64,000 nt of DNA from Podarcis filfolensis. Its lineage: Eukaryota. Positions 8,861-22,203 of this stretch are shown here, piece by piece (the first letter of the stretch is position 1; each line of letters begins with the position of its first letter). The translations under genes were made by a program, and so were the position numbers. The stretch is from NCBI GenBank assembly GCA_964270895.1, contig OZ185442.1, one strand, 5' to 3'. The notes under the pieces were generated by a model. The model saw nothing but the letters and a program-made list of their open reading frames with translations, had not been told where the DNA came from and ran no database searches.

Positions 8861-11176
8861 CAGCTCCCAGATGGAAATTAATACTGCATCACCAGCCCCT
8901 CCCTCAGCAGTTTCTCATCTTGGGCCCACTCCCACCAGGCAGCACCACCACCTCCTCCTTGTCTTCCTCGCCGCCCCCCACCGCTCCCAGCTCACCTTCC
9001 TTCCACTCCTTTTCTCTATTCCTTCATCTAGAATCTCGCTATGCTGCCATCCATCTCTGTCCAAACGCCATCTCCCCCCTCAGTTTCCTCCCTCCCATCT
9101 CAGTCAGTGTTTCTCACAGTGCCGCTTCATTGGGCCTCCACAGCTGGCACCCACTTGAGACACAAGGTGCGGGGCGAGCAGGGGCTTCCCCACCTTATCA
9201 TTCTCCTCTGTCCCGTGCTTGCCCCTCTCCACTTCCACTAAGGGGCCCAGGCCTCTGAGGGCCACTGCAGCACCAGTGTGCCTGGTTCAGTGACAACAAC
9301 GCTGTTTTCATAACTTCGCCCGGCTGGACCAAAGGCACAAACAAGGCCTTATTCACCACAGTGTCCAAGGTAGCAAGCCAGAAGGCGGCACTAGAAAGGG
9401 GGAGACAAGGCCCCAGCTAAACAAGCAACTGTAGGCTAAGGATAGATGGGTCTGTTAATTTCAGTTCCTCCCCCTTTTTTCTAATATTACGCTCAGTTCT
9501 CCACATTTTCACAACAGTTCGCGAATTTGAAAGGTCCTCATGAAAATTGTCAATATTTTTGTGCCGATTGCTCCTAATGTATATGTGTTTTATGCAATTT
9601 TGCCTAATTCATGTTTGCAAGCAAAACACATTGTTTGTGTTACTTCTGCTAGCATAGTATATTTTCCCTCTCATATATGAATTTTTGTACATATTGCATG
9701 GCTGGAGAGGTGCATTGCAAAATTCAGAGAGACACGTGAATTTCGAGGGACAGAATCCTAGAATTGTAGAGTTGGAAGGGACCGTGAGGGTCATCTAGTC
9801 CAATTCCTTGCAATGCAGGAATCTTTTGCCCAACGTGGGGCTCAAACCCACGACCCTGAGATTAAGAGTCTCGTGCTCTACTGACTGAGCTATCTCAGCA
9901 TGGTTGCATTTCAGTTTCTGCGCTGCCTTGGAAAGCGAGAATTACAACACAAACCGAACTGAACTTTCTCCCCTGATTCCTAGCCACAGGTTCCTCACCC
10001 TTGACCTAAAACAGCCCAACATTTCCCTGACAGAGCCAATTCAAAACAGCCAGGCAGAAATGGGGCACAACCTTCCACAGAACACCAACATTCACAACAG
10101 GGAATTCATTTATTTCCAAAACCACCTCTGTGTCAAAAAAAAAAATGGTCTCCATGCAGAAAGCCAATACATTAGTGTGTTTGCTAGGCATCCTAGACTC
10201 ACCCTTCAAACATAGCTATTTTACACCCACCACAGAATTTATAAGATGTGCAAATCCATTTTTAATTTAAAAGCAAAACAACCAAACTAAAAGGGGGCAT
10301 TTAATTAATAAAACATTTGGTAATTGCAAACTGAACTGAATCTCTTCCCACTTTCCTATCTAAGGCCAAAGCAATAACAGGTCTGGAAGGAATCAGAGGG
10401 ATGTAGCCAGCTAAGTCGTACCCAGAGTAGTCCCACTGAAATGAATGGGTGTGTGATATTACAATTTATTAACTTACATATTGGTTCCAAAATGGCTTCT
10501 AAGCAGTTTCCAAGCACAAAATTCCTTACAAAATTCATAGATAATCGAAATGCACAATGAAGTCAGCCATGCCCGTTCATTTCAATAGGTCTACTCCGGG
10601 TAGGACTAGCATAAGATACAACCCATAGGAAGTCCAAATCCGGAGAGACAAATTGCAAGCAGTGCTGGCTGCAGGCCAAGGATGGGGGCCAGCCTGTGAA
10701 AGGGCTACAGACACACAGAGTTTGTTTTAAGCGTGGGTGTAGCAAGAGCAAACACAGCACTTGAGGGACAAGTGTAAAGAGGAGCTGCAGGAGGACGATG
10801 AGTGTGGGGGACCTGTGGTGCTAGTGGAGGGGGCGGGAGGGAGAGGAGATGGGGGGAAGGCAAAGATGGCTTTGGTTCCGGCTAGGAGAACCAGCGGTGG
10901 AGCTGCAAAAAGACTTCCCTGCCACTCCCACTTCCCCTGCAGTCTCCGCTCTGCCTGGATTGAACTAAGGATCTCGGTTTTCCTGCTCTTGGGGAGGAGG
11001 GAGAAGGTGACAGCTTGAGGCAAGGGAGGGAGATTAGGAAGACCTGCTCTGCAATCCCCCCAAGAGATGGGGGGGGATGGACAGTGCAACCAGGAACACA
11101 CGTCAGGTACATATGGGGCCTGCACTTTCCCTCTAAGCTGGCGGAGGGTGGCCGGGGGGGGGGGAATAGAACAGGC

Positions 11177-11207
<31 letters not shown>

Positions 11208-14200
11208 CATGTGTGCAAGGGGGAGGACAATGGAGAAGTGAGGCTTGGATTAAGTTGGATCCCGTGGCTAAGCTGCTGCTCTGAGCGATTAAGCAGCTGC
11301 TGCAATTTGGTTGCAGGCTGACCTCCCTGCAGGCCGGGGTGGAGTGGGGTTAGGCATCAAAAACAAAAGGGGGGGTGCAGAAAAAAGGAGAGGCCTGAGT
11401 CATCACCCCCCTACCCAATCAGCACCCTGACCAAGAACCTGGGGGGGGGGGGTGCGTGCGCATACACACAGCATCAACGACAGGTGAACGACGACAAAGA
11501 GGTAGCTGGGAAATGGAAGCCAGAGCGGCACGGAAGTGGTTAATTGGCACCGGGATTAATAAGTGCAGCGCTAATCCCCCCTCCTGCTGCCCCCCCACAA
11601 GCACTTAGCGAGATGAGATAGAGAGGAGAGGAAGCATCCACCTGCTTCCCCCCTCCCCCCTCCAACGCAGGATCTGCGGGGTGTGTGTGTGTGTGTGTGT
11701 GTGTGTTAGGGACCCTGCAGAAAAAAAGCCACAGTCTGCTGGCTCTCCCCAACTTTACGTTGCAGGAGGAAACTATGCAGGGTTAAAAGAGGGATGCAGC
11801 CTACGAGAGGCAGCAGTGCATGGGGGGGGGGGGAAATAAAAAGGAAGGGAGATGGAAAAGGCTTATGTTTTCTCTCTACCTCCCTCAAAGCTGCAACTCG
11901 CCCTGCATCCCATCCCTCCTGAGCTGATTCAGGCTGCTCAGAGCATCACAGCACCAGCTAGCTGTGTGAGATGGAGGAAGAGCGGGCCGGGAGCCAAGCA
12001 AGAACCAGAGGTGGAAGAATTGAGGCTCCTTTTTGCCCCTTCTGGCCTGTGGAGCAGAAAGCACCTCAGGAAGCGCCCTGCGAAGATGATGGATTTTGCA
12101 AGTCTCTGCAGAAATGCAGGCTTGTGCAAGGACCCCGTTCCCTTGTCCAGTGGAGGAGGGTGGCAAGTCCACCCACCCACCAACCCTTGCTTGGCACCAC
12201 ACACTTGAAGCAGATCAGTCAAAACACACCACTGCAAAAAAGGTGAAGGGTTGCTAGCGAGAGGGTGACGTGGGGCTTCTACATGGCACACTTTGGTTTT
12301 AAGGCCTAACAGAACCTTCATGAAGGGTATGGAGCCTTCTCTGTGATTATACGGCCACAACCCCCATTGCGACCAGGAGGAGATGAATACGGCAACCGGA
12401 TGAGTCCTCCTAGCCATATTGGTGGATTGTGGCGCATGCAGAAGAGACAAGTAGAAGACTAGAAATAGCTTTCATTTCTAATACCGCACGCTATGTTCGG
12501 ATTTAGGAACAATGGCAACTCAACTGCATTTACAACAGGAATTCCTCTGTGAGCTTTTACCACTGCCGTCCCACTTCAAGCAAGCCACAAATTGCCCGAG
12601 CTGCAGACAGTTCTCTTCTCTCAAGGAAAACAAAGAACAGCTCGTCACAAGTCTCCCAGCTGCCGTGAAGTAGAAACAGGGGACACCTAAGGGAGATGTG
12701 AGCTGGGCTTTGCGAAGCAGAACGCTTTGGGTTCCACCCCTGCTGACCCCATCCTCAATATGATGGGGAGGGTAAAGGGTGGCAGGCCCATCCAGCCTTC
12801 TTCCTAACTGAAGAGATTGTAGAATCGTCTTGCTGGAACACAAAGATCATGGCTCTGTCTAGACCAGTGTTCTGTCTCCAACCATAACTAGTTCGCTGCC
12901 TTGGACAGTTGTAAGTTGGGCATGAGACCACAAGACAGGGCTTTTGGCTTGTCCAGGAGCTTCTCTACTGGAAGATGCCCTACCTAGAGATGTGAAAGTC
13001 TGGAAAATAACTGGGGGGGATCTGGGTTTTCTCCCTGCCTTTTTGGTAGGGAAGAACAGTGTGTGTGTGTGTTTTATAGGGGTGGGAATCTGGGGAACAG
13101 GTTTTTCCTTAATTTTCCTTGTTTCTTTCCTGGGCCTTCACATCTCTTCCAGAGGTGTACCACGCCCGACACCTTGCTGGGGAAGGACAAGTGGGGAGAG
13201 TGCTGTTGCACTCATGCCCTGCATGTGGACTTCCTAGGCATGTGTTTGGCCACTGAGAGAAAAGGAGGCTGGGCAAGACGAGCAGAAGACCTTCTCACAG
13301 AGGTGCTCTATTTAGCCAACAGGTAGGGCCTGCAGAAAAGTGTTGCAGTTTGAAGCGCTCCTGTTCAGGGCTCAAGCCAGCTAGCCATGCCTACTTCAAG
13401 GTACTCCATTCCATTCCATTCTCTCTTCCTGCTGCCTCCCCTCAATACTCTACCTTTTATGTTGACAGAGCAAGCTAAAGTTTTATTAGATTGCTTAGGT
13501 TCCCCCATTTGTTGTCCTTCTCTAGTCTGCTAGGACCACAAAGCTTGCCAGTCCGTATATTAGATATGGAGATGATAGAAGGTAGGTCTGTCTGAAACTA
13601 GCAGCTGCCACCATCACAAGAACACACAAAGAACCACAGTTCCCATGGGCTTTCTTGCTTTCTGTTCAGAAAGGAGCCAAGTTCTGTATTGAGAACACAG
13701 GATCTTAGCGCTGACCGAGACCCATTTGGGAAGGAATAATTATTATCACATGCCTCCCACCAAGAAACAGCACATGATGACTCTATTGCCATTATTCACC
13801 TGTTCTCAGAGGGGGGGGGGAAGTATCCTGAGATCTGGTAGGGTACAAGCAAGTCTTTTGCCAGCTAGGCTCTTCAGCACTGACAACCTCACCACCATGG
13901 CAAACACAGATGGTGCTTCTCCGGCGCAATGTGCCAACCCATGGCCAAAAGCCATTTCCCCCCACAGAGCAAAGCAAGAAAGAAAGGAGTAGCGAGCAAA
14001 GTCTTCCCCACCCCCTGCACCGCCCCAACACATGCACCACGAGGAATCTGCATCCAAACCAAGGCTTTGGACGGGGGTCTTGTGCTACAGAGGACCAAGA
14101 ATGGTGCAGCACCAGGAAGTTGCTTCTGCATCTTATCTCAGTGAGCTAAGGGTGGGAGGTAGGACTTGGTGGGGGCTCCTTTGAGTCAGAAACACCTGCA

Positions 14201-15947
14201 GCCTTTCATCAAAGGGTTACAACAAGGTCCTAAAGAGAGCCAGGGAGGATGAAGAGCAGGCCTGGGAGGGGAAAGGCAGCAGAGTGGGCAACAATCGAGA
14301 CCAAAACCACATCTGACATGGAATAACTGCAATTTGAGCTCCTGGGTTTTTTTTTTTTAAGGGGGGCTCCAGATTTAATCTGAGTAGCAATGGTGGGGGC
14401 AATGCTGGCTCTATGTTTTGAAAGGCCCTAGGCCTAAGCAGCCTCCCTACCTCCCCACCCACCCCGGTCGGTGAGCTAACCCCCCACTGCAGCAGGTCCG
14501 GGGGGTCTCTTGCCAGGGGAGGGGGCCCTCAGCAGATGCTTGAGCAATGCCAATTCTTGATAGGGAAGATATGGCACAGTCTAGGCTTGATGTTGCGAAT
14601 GGAGGAGGAGGAGGAGGGAGACCATCCTGCGCTCCACAGAAGATGGCAGGTTGACAGCCCAGATGGAGGACTGCAATCATCACCAGGCATGGCTTGGCCC
14701 ACCAGCCTCCCTCTCTGCTGTGCATATGAGAGACAGACAGACTCTCTCTGCAGGCCCCATCCCATCATTTCAAAACAAGTCTCTTTTGGTACTTCCCCTG
14801 AGCTCAGGAAGGCCACCATCTGGTTAACCCTCATTGCTGTGCTAGATGGGCCAGATAATAGGGTGATTCCCTGGCTTCCAAGCCATGGGGCTGAGGGGCT
14901 GTGAAGTTCACCTGGAGGAATGTGGCCCCCCCTGCAGTGGGTCAGTGGGATTTGGGCTGCATGCACACCATACATTCAAAGCACATTTCCCCCACTCCCC
15001 ACACCAGAAGAATCCTGGGAACCGTAGTTGGTAAGGGAGGCTCAGAACTGTAGATCTGGACAGGGGAAACTACAATTCCCATGATTATGCTTAAAAGCAA
15101 GGTCCGTATGCAGCCTTGCTCACAGGCAAGCAAAAACAAAACAGAGAAGAGTGCCAGTCTGGAGAGAAGAGCCACACTCCCCAAAGGAGCCCAAGGGCCC
15201 CTTAAAAGAATGTCCCACTGGCTTTGAAACAAGGGCGCCCTGCAGCCCAGCCCCCAAATGTCTCTTTCCCACTCCGGAGGCAAAAGGTGAGACGTCTGGA
15301 GTCCAGGGGAGGAGGGGGAGAGCGCCAGACCACACCGGCCTCTCTTCTCGCTTTGGGGACACCCCGTCTCCCAAGCAGATGAAGTGGGTGGGTGTCGATC
15401 CCCGCCCCCCAGGCCTGCTATCTCCAGATGGAATCTGGGCAGGGCGAGCAAACAGCAAAACAGATGCCCGCTTCTCCTTGGAACAGGCACTAGGCGCGCA
15501 GGCAGAGAGGGGGGGGGGCGCGGATGCTGGGCTTCCCCCCTCCCTGCCCAGTCCTTTGCCTGGCCATCACCTACGACGTCGCCTCCTCCAGCCGCTACCC
15601 TCCATGCTAGCCAGCCAGCCAGCCAGCCTGCCCGCCCGTCCGCTCTCCCTCCAGGCGCAGGTTTCCCGATAAGCGCCTCCTTCCTTAGCCTCTTAACCAG
15701 GAGGAGATCCGAGGGGATCAAGGGGTCTCTCCCCTGTGCCAGTGACCTTGGGCAGCTCGCCCCGGACACCTTGAGCGCGCCATCCTCGCCCGGCAGTCCC
15801 CTCCTCCTGCGCTCCAAAGAGACACCTCGTCGAGGCTGGGCAATAAAAGCCCCCGCAAGCTCTCCGAACGCAGCAGCCGCCCAGGAGGCTCTCCCTTCCT
15901 TCCTCCCTCCCGCCTGCCCCACCCACCCACCCTCTCGGCGGGCTCAC

Positions 15948-16049
15948 CTGGGTGTTGGCTGCGCCTCCGGGCCCCAGGCAATAAGCCAGCAAGAGCAACG
16001 GCGCCAGCAAGCAGCGCGCAGCGACGGCGCATCCCGCCGCCCCAGCCAT
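15948..16049 (-). CDS. APLP1: APLP1 exon 1 coding part (signal peptide), 102 nt
   Basis: ATG at 16049 in a CpG island. Encodes MAGAAGCAVAARCLLAPLLLLAYCLGPGGAANTQ, then CAG|GTGAG, phase 0, matching exon 2. Confidence 0.9.
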
Positions 16050-16230
16050 GGCTCGCTCGCTCGCTCTCCCTTTCAGCCGACGCTGCGGCCGCTTCTCCTG
16101 CGGCGCCCGGGAGCTTCCCGCCTCCTTCTGGCGGCGCGGCCAAGGGGGAACCCGGGATGGGTGGCGGCGCTGGGGGAGATCCTAGGGCTTGGGGGTCGCC
16201 TCCCTGCGCGCGCTTGCACCAGCTCAAGCG

Positions 16231-16311
16231 CTGCTGCTGCTGCGGCGCCGTCGGTTCCCAGCTGGGCTATGACAGGAGGAGCTGGCCCCGCTGCTGCTGC
16301 TGCTGCTGCTG
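16231..16311 (-). repeat. (CAG)4 and (CAG)7 tracts upstream of the APLP1 ATG
   Basis: The plus strand shows (CTG)4 at 16231-16242 and (CTG)7 at 16291-16311. Confidence 0.9.
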
Positions 16312-19300
16312 CCACCGCCTGCTCCTCCTCTTTCCCCGCCGCCGCTGCGGCTGCAGCGCTTCTCCCTGGCCCCTCCTCCTTGGCCCCTCCCGCCGCTCTG
16401 CCTGCAGCCACAATAGCTGCGACGTAGCGCCCAGCAGGGCGGAGCCAGAGTCGCAGCAGCCTGGGGGCGGGGCTCGCGGGCCGCTTGCAGACGGGGGAGG
16501 TGGGCGGGGAGCCTTCGCGGCTGCCCCTTTTCCAAGCAAGAGGGGGGGGGAGGCTGGGGTATCCCGTCCCCGCCGTCGAACCTGGTCGCCGTGCGCTCTT
16601 CTTTCCAGCCGGAAAACGCCCTTCGCCCCTTGGATCCGAGGTGCCTGGAGGAAAGGCGGCGGGATTGCGGAGAGAGGCGAGGGAGGGGCCTGCGGCGACC
16701 ATGGAGAGGGTTTCTGGTAGAAGGGAATGGTACTCTGTCCATGCTTAGGGGCGGTCTCGCTTTAGGCTGCAGTTCAGAGACACCACTGACCCTGGAGCAA
16801 GGCCCATTCAGTTCAATGGGATTTATTTCTCAGTAGCATGGGGTTGTTAATTAGACAGTGGGTGCGGCGCAAGGAGAGCTCTTCTTGCTGAGCCTTTGGG
16901 TGATGTCCGAAAGTCCCTTAGTGATGCGCTTAGGTAGTTTTAGACTCTGGACTTAATGGTCCCATGCCCCAGCTTTTGATGACAGTGTGGAACTTTGCTT
17001 CCTTCCTGCTTGGAGACCCGGGGGGGGGGGGCTTGCCCCCGACACAGTTTGTTCATAGCAGTCAGAGGGGCAGGAGGCAACTGCCCCCTCTGTGAGTTCA
17101 CATGAATGCCTAACTAGTGCTCCCCCCCAGCCCTTTTCAGACATCCCAAAAACATTGTTTTTGCATTTGTATCACACCTTTCCTCCAAATAACTCCAGGA
17201 GAAGCACACAGTTCTCTCCCTTCCTCATTTTATCCTCACAAGCCTGTGAGGTGGGTTAGGCAGAGAGAGCACGACTGGCCCAAGGGGTACCAGTGAGCTA
17301 CATGACTGGGGGGCGGGGTGGTTTCAAACCCTGGTCTCCCACGCCCCAGCCCAGCACACTAACCTGTTGTAGGGACAGTGGGGTGCATGATCTTGCTTCA
17401 CCAATCCCAACACTGATTATTTACAGCTTCTGAACATCCCAAAGAGCCTTTCCCCTTCTGTTCTCCTTTGAGTTGAGAGACTCCTGTTGCTCAGATGAGT
17501 TCAGAGCAGGTAGAAGTTCCCCATCATCTGGACTTCCCTAGTAAATTTCTGTTTGCTGTGTACCTTGTTAAACCTTTCAGATCCTTGGTGCATCTAGTAG
17601 CTCAACACTGACTGCTCTGACTAGAAACAGCTCTCCAGGGTTTGGGGCAGAGTTATTTCTCATCGCTTGGTACCAGAGATCTTTTTATTCATGGAGATGG
17701 CATGGAATTGGTGATGGGTCCCAAGACTTACATGCAAAGCAAGTTCTGTGCTTCTGAGTGACATTATGCTCACCCATTTGAGACCTGCCACGGGGAAAGG
17801 TGGCAAATCCTTGACTGTTGACACAAAGAGATTGTGAAGAGCTCTAGAAACGATCCAAAATTCTCTCTCCAAACTGAGAGAATGGTAACATGGCAAATGC
17901 AGTTCAAGTGTAAACAGGAGCAAAGTGATGCGCTCTGGGGGTGGGGACCATAGTTTCACATATATGCTCATTGGGGTTTGAACTTGTTGCGAGTGACCAG
18001 AAATAAGACCTTGCGGTTACAGTAAATAGCTTGATGATGATGTTGGTCATGCCAGTGTGTGGCACATTTCTGAAAAAGACAAAATTCACATGGAAGCCTC
18101 AGGGGTAAATTTGACAGCAAATTCAGCTTGGGAAACGTGGAAAGGGCGCATGTTGCTCTCTTGTCTTTTAAGAGATGGGGACTTGGTCAGCAGCTGGTTA
18201 AGAGATGGCTAGAAGCCCCCTGTGCGCTGCTCTGAATTTTCCAAGGAGAGCTTTTGCCTCTCAGGAATGTGCCCTTGAACACTGATAATGCTAGAGAGAT
18301 GATATATGAGTGGGTGCACAAACTTTCACCCGCTTCTACTCCTGACCGCAAGAAGCTTGCTGCATGAAGGAGAACATCACATTCCATTCGCTCACTTTCC
18401 CTTCTGGCCTTGTCCACTGCTTGGCATCTAGCTCCCTGCCCTGTAGGGAATATGGCCCCTGGGTTTGAAAATGGTGCCCCTATGCTCCAGAGACCCCTCA
18501 TGTGGGAGCTTTTGCTGCTGCTAAGTCGGCCACACCTTGTCTCTGTGGCCTGTTCATGCAGGGATGTTGGCCCCTTGCTCAGGGCAGCCTCGTGTGACAT
18601 CCTGCGTAAGTGAGCGAGACGTATCGGCTGTCTCTGGCTATCTCAAGTAGGTGTTTCCCACCAGCGCCACAGCGCTGCCTTTTAAAAAGAGGCCACTTGC
18701 ACATTTAGCTGCTCTTTATTTTTGAGTAATGAGAGAGATCAAATGGACAAAGAATGGCTGGTTTCATTGGACTGACCACTGCCTCTTAACAGCTGCTTGA
18801 TCTGCAGGTGCTGGATCTCTTTTCTCTCCATGCTTTGAAAATCTGCCCAGCCCTACATTGGTGTTACCATCTTGGTCCAGTAAACATGGCATTATTGGGC
18901 TGAGGATGAGTCTGGTGGAGCTCTCTTCCTTCCTTCCTCTCCTCTGGTGCTTCATACTGGAAAACTTCCTGTCGGAGCCACTCTTGCCTGTGTTTGTTCC
19001 ATACCCATTCTGTCCTGTTTCTGTGCTAATTGGCACGTTTTTTTTAAAAAAAGGAAAAAACCTGCACAAAAGTTCATATTTAAACACCTACTTTTGAATG
19101 CCTTTTGTCATGTGCATTTCTGTAGCATCTCCGAAAGTCACGCTTTTATATCATTTCCTCCTAAGATGCACTTGGAGTGAAATGCAAAGCATAGCTACTC
19201 TTGTAAAAACATCAGGATCTGACCCATTGGCCTGTCAAGGCCAGCATCCCGTTCTCACAGCAGCCAGCCAGCCAGATGCCTATGAGAATCCTGCAAACAG

Positions 19301-19787
19301 GATCGTGAGCGCAATAGTGATCTTTTGCCCATTCTGATTTGTCAGGATTTGTGCAGATTGAAGTTCTCAAGCATCCCTAGTTAAAAACTTCGGCTTTTCA
19401 CTGACATCTGAAAAACTGGGAACCCTCTTGCTCCCTTGATGGCGAGCTGGGATGTGAAGCCGGCACAGGAAGGATGAGGAAGCAGAAGTCCTCCATGCCC
19501 CAAATCAAGACGTAATTCTTTCAGGGAGGGAAAGTGCCCTCTGGCATTCAGTTACAACCACATCGCATCACCTCATCTCTGCCTTGTGACACTGACACAC
19601 TCTGTGAACAAACACTCGCAGAGCAGGGACCCAGCTGCTCTCCACTCTTGTTATGATGCCCGGCAGTGTTAAGCAGAACACATTATGGAGAGCTGCAGCC
19701 AGGGCCAGGAGACTGCTGCAACCAATGGCAACCAGCTAGCATGCTAGTGCAGCAAATGCAATTAAGGCAGCTGAGAAAAGGAAGAGG

Positions 19788-19826
<39 letters not shown>

Positions 19827-21545
19827 CTTGCATGACTGGCAGGGGGAGGCTGGATGGTTTGCTAAATCACAGCTTGTTGCTCTCACCCGGCGAGGATGTC
19901 CCTGTGTTCAGCACAGGAGCCATAGATTGCCCTTCTGGGTTTTTCATCAGCATCAAGGAAAAATCCTTGCATCCTGTGTGTGTGTTTGCATGTGCACACA
20001 CCCCAATACAGGCACATTATCAAGCAGGTGTTGAGCAGTGTCAACTCAAGCAGCACAGATCACCTGGTTGGGGGGCTGGTGGAGGTTGCAGAGTTGGAAG
20101 AGGCTGCAAAAGTCCAGCCCCCTGCAATGCAGGAATCACAGCTGAAGAATGCCTGATGGATGGCCATCCAAAACCTTGAATGAAGGAAAGTTCACTACTG
20201 AATATGAAATACCATCCTTCCTCTTCTGAAAGAAGCTGTCCTTTTGGAGTGTTTTTACATGCAGGAAGCAGGGTTTAGCTAGGAAGGGCCAAAACCTATG
20301 AAATTTGCTGGTCACGTGCATGATTTCGCTGAAACGGCAGTGGGCAGAGAAGCTGACCTTTCTCCCCTATCTCCTGTCATCCATCTCCACCCCATTCCAG
20401 AGATTCTTGCTTTTTACAGCAGGGGGTGGAGACGACACATTCAGGGATAGAAGGATTAGAAGTTGCTGCCCCATTGGCACAACTGAGCTTTCTACCTTGT
20501 GAGCTGGCAACACTGCTTTGGCCCTCTCTTATCTATCTAATTATCTATCCAGCAGCTGAAAAAATATATAGCATCCTTTGCCAACCTGGTGCCCTCCAAA
20601 GATTGGCCCAAACATGGTTAATCTTTGCTTGTAAAGCTGGTGAGACCAACTTGTGCAGTCAACATCGCATTGGCATTCCTTTCTAAATTTGCTTAAAAAT
20701 TGACAATATCAGTGTCCTTTTGGACAAGTCATCCACACCTGAATGATCGCAGATTCACACATGCAAATTTACCACCTTATATATGGAGTGCAAGGGAATA
20801 AATGGTGCTGTGAAATGGGCTATAAATGCCATACTTAAAAACAAGAGGAGGTAGTCAACCATGTTTTGCTCACGAGCTGCCCCACGGAAAAGAACAGAAC
20901 CAATTTAGCCCTGCTTATTAATTTCAGTGGATCTACTTGGCGTATAACTTACTTGAATGCCACCCCATGTATTTGTCAGTTTGCATTTTTTAGTACAGAA
21001 AGTACTGATCTGATGTGTAGAGATCTTTCCTATTCTGTTTAATACAAGAAGGTTCAAGAAGGTTTCTGATGTTTGGGTTATTTCTTCTGGGAAGCTGAGT
21101 ACAGCTGGTTTAAACGGGTTCTGCAATCTTTCTGTCAAGGTCGTGCTGACTATAATAGTAAGGGCAGGAGAAGCCTGGAACAGGGAGGAGGAGAAGCCAG
21201 TGGCTGGAGAAACACCCTTCACAACGCTATGTCAGAGGTAGGGAACCTCTGGCCTGGGGGCTGAAAACAACCCAACAAGGCCCTCTCTACCTTTGGGACT
21301 CTCTCCAGGCCATGTTCCCTAGCCCACATCCGATTTGACCTGCTTTGCACCCTCCTTGAGCCCTTTGGCCTGACTGGAGTGTATCTTCGAACTCCGGTAA
21401 TGGCTCTTGCTTGTCAGGCTTGAGATGGGTTTTTTGAGGGGGGGGGCAGAGTTCTAGGAACCTATGACTCTTGTGTATTTAGAAAGTAGCTTAGTGGCAC
21501 ATCTACCACCCATGTTTTGCCACTGACCATATCTACCACTGGGAT

Positions 21546-22164
21546 GCAGACCCTCCAGGTAGACCTATTTTCCAGGGGCAGTCCCAGATTTTAATAATAT
21601 AAGAATAAGAATAAGAAATTACTTATACCCCGCCCACCTGGCCGGGACTCCCCAGCCACTGTGGGCGACTCCCAACAGAATATTAAAAACATCAAACATT
21701 AAAAACTTCCCTAAACAGGGCTGCCTTCAGATGTTTTCTAAAAGTCAGATAGTTGTTTATTTCCTTGACATCTGATGGGAGGGCGTTCCACAAGGCAGGT
21801 GCCAGTACTGAGAAGGCCCTCTGCCTGGTTCCCTGTAACCTCACTTCTGGCAGTGAGGGAACTGCCAGAATGCCCTTGGCTCTGGACCTCAGTGTCTGGG
21901 CTGAATGATGGGGGTGGAGAAGCTCCTTCAGCCGTCTCAGTTTCTGATTTGATCTCAGAATGTCCTGTCTTGCATTAGGATGTCCCTATTTTCATCAGAT
22001 AAATGAGGGTATGGAGTTACCTAACCCCTGAGCCATTTGAAGGCAGCCCTGTATAGGGAAGTTTTTTTTTAATGTTTCATGTTTTCTTATATTTTTATAT
22101 ATGTTGGAAGCCATCCAGAGCGGCTGGAACAACCCAGTCAAATGAGTGAGGTATAATAATAATG

Positions 22165-22203
<39 letters not shown>

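Larger units (their letters stand above)
15400..16750. promoter_or_regulatory. CpG island / APLP1 promoter and 5' leader
   Basis: Very high GC and CpG density around exon 1, a GC box GGGGCGGGGC at 16464-16473, and no obvious transposon remnants. TSS not determinable from sequence. Confidence 0.85.

Noticed and set aside
8496-9258. 220- and 202-aa plus-strand Pro/Ser/Leu-rich ORFs
   Set aside because: Pyrimidine-rich intronic sequence antisense to APLP1, with no domain or splice support.
9752-9899. Near-perfect tRNA-Lys(CTT)-like sequence (also 4369, 32833, 45094, 52002)
   Set aside because: It runs straight into a CR1-type tail, carries substitutions and is multi-copy, so it is a SINE head rather than a tRNA gene.
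433-16049. Assignment of the gene as APP or APLP2
   Set aside because: Despite APP-like E1 residues, adjacency to KIRREL2 and the GRWEPD, VSEALL and [12 protein letters not shown] motifs favour APLP1.
14942-16742. Long overlapping ORFs (326, 347, 209, 187, 172 aa) with poly-Ala tracts
   Set aside because: GC-rich CpG-island sequence is depleted of stops, the products are low-complexity, and none has a recognisable domain. The 209-aa minus-strand ORF would matter only as a uORF if the TSS lay above 16702.
15400-18700. REST/RE1 silencer element expected for a neuronal gene
   Set aside because: Only partial matches (e.g. cagcgccacagcgc about 18663) were seen. No full TTCAGCACCnnGGACAG site was found by eye.
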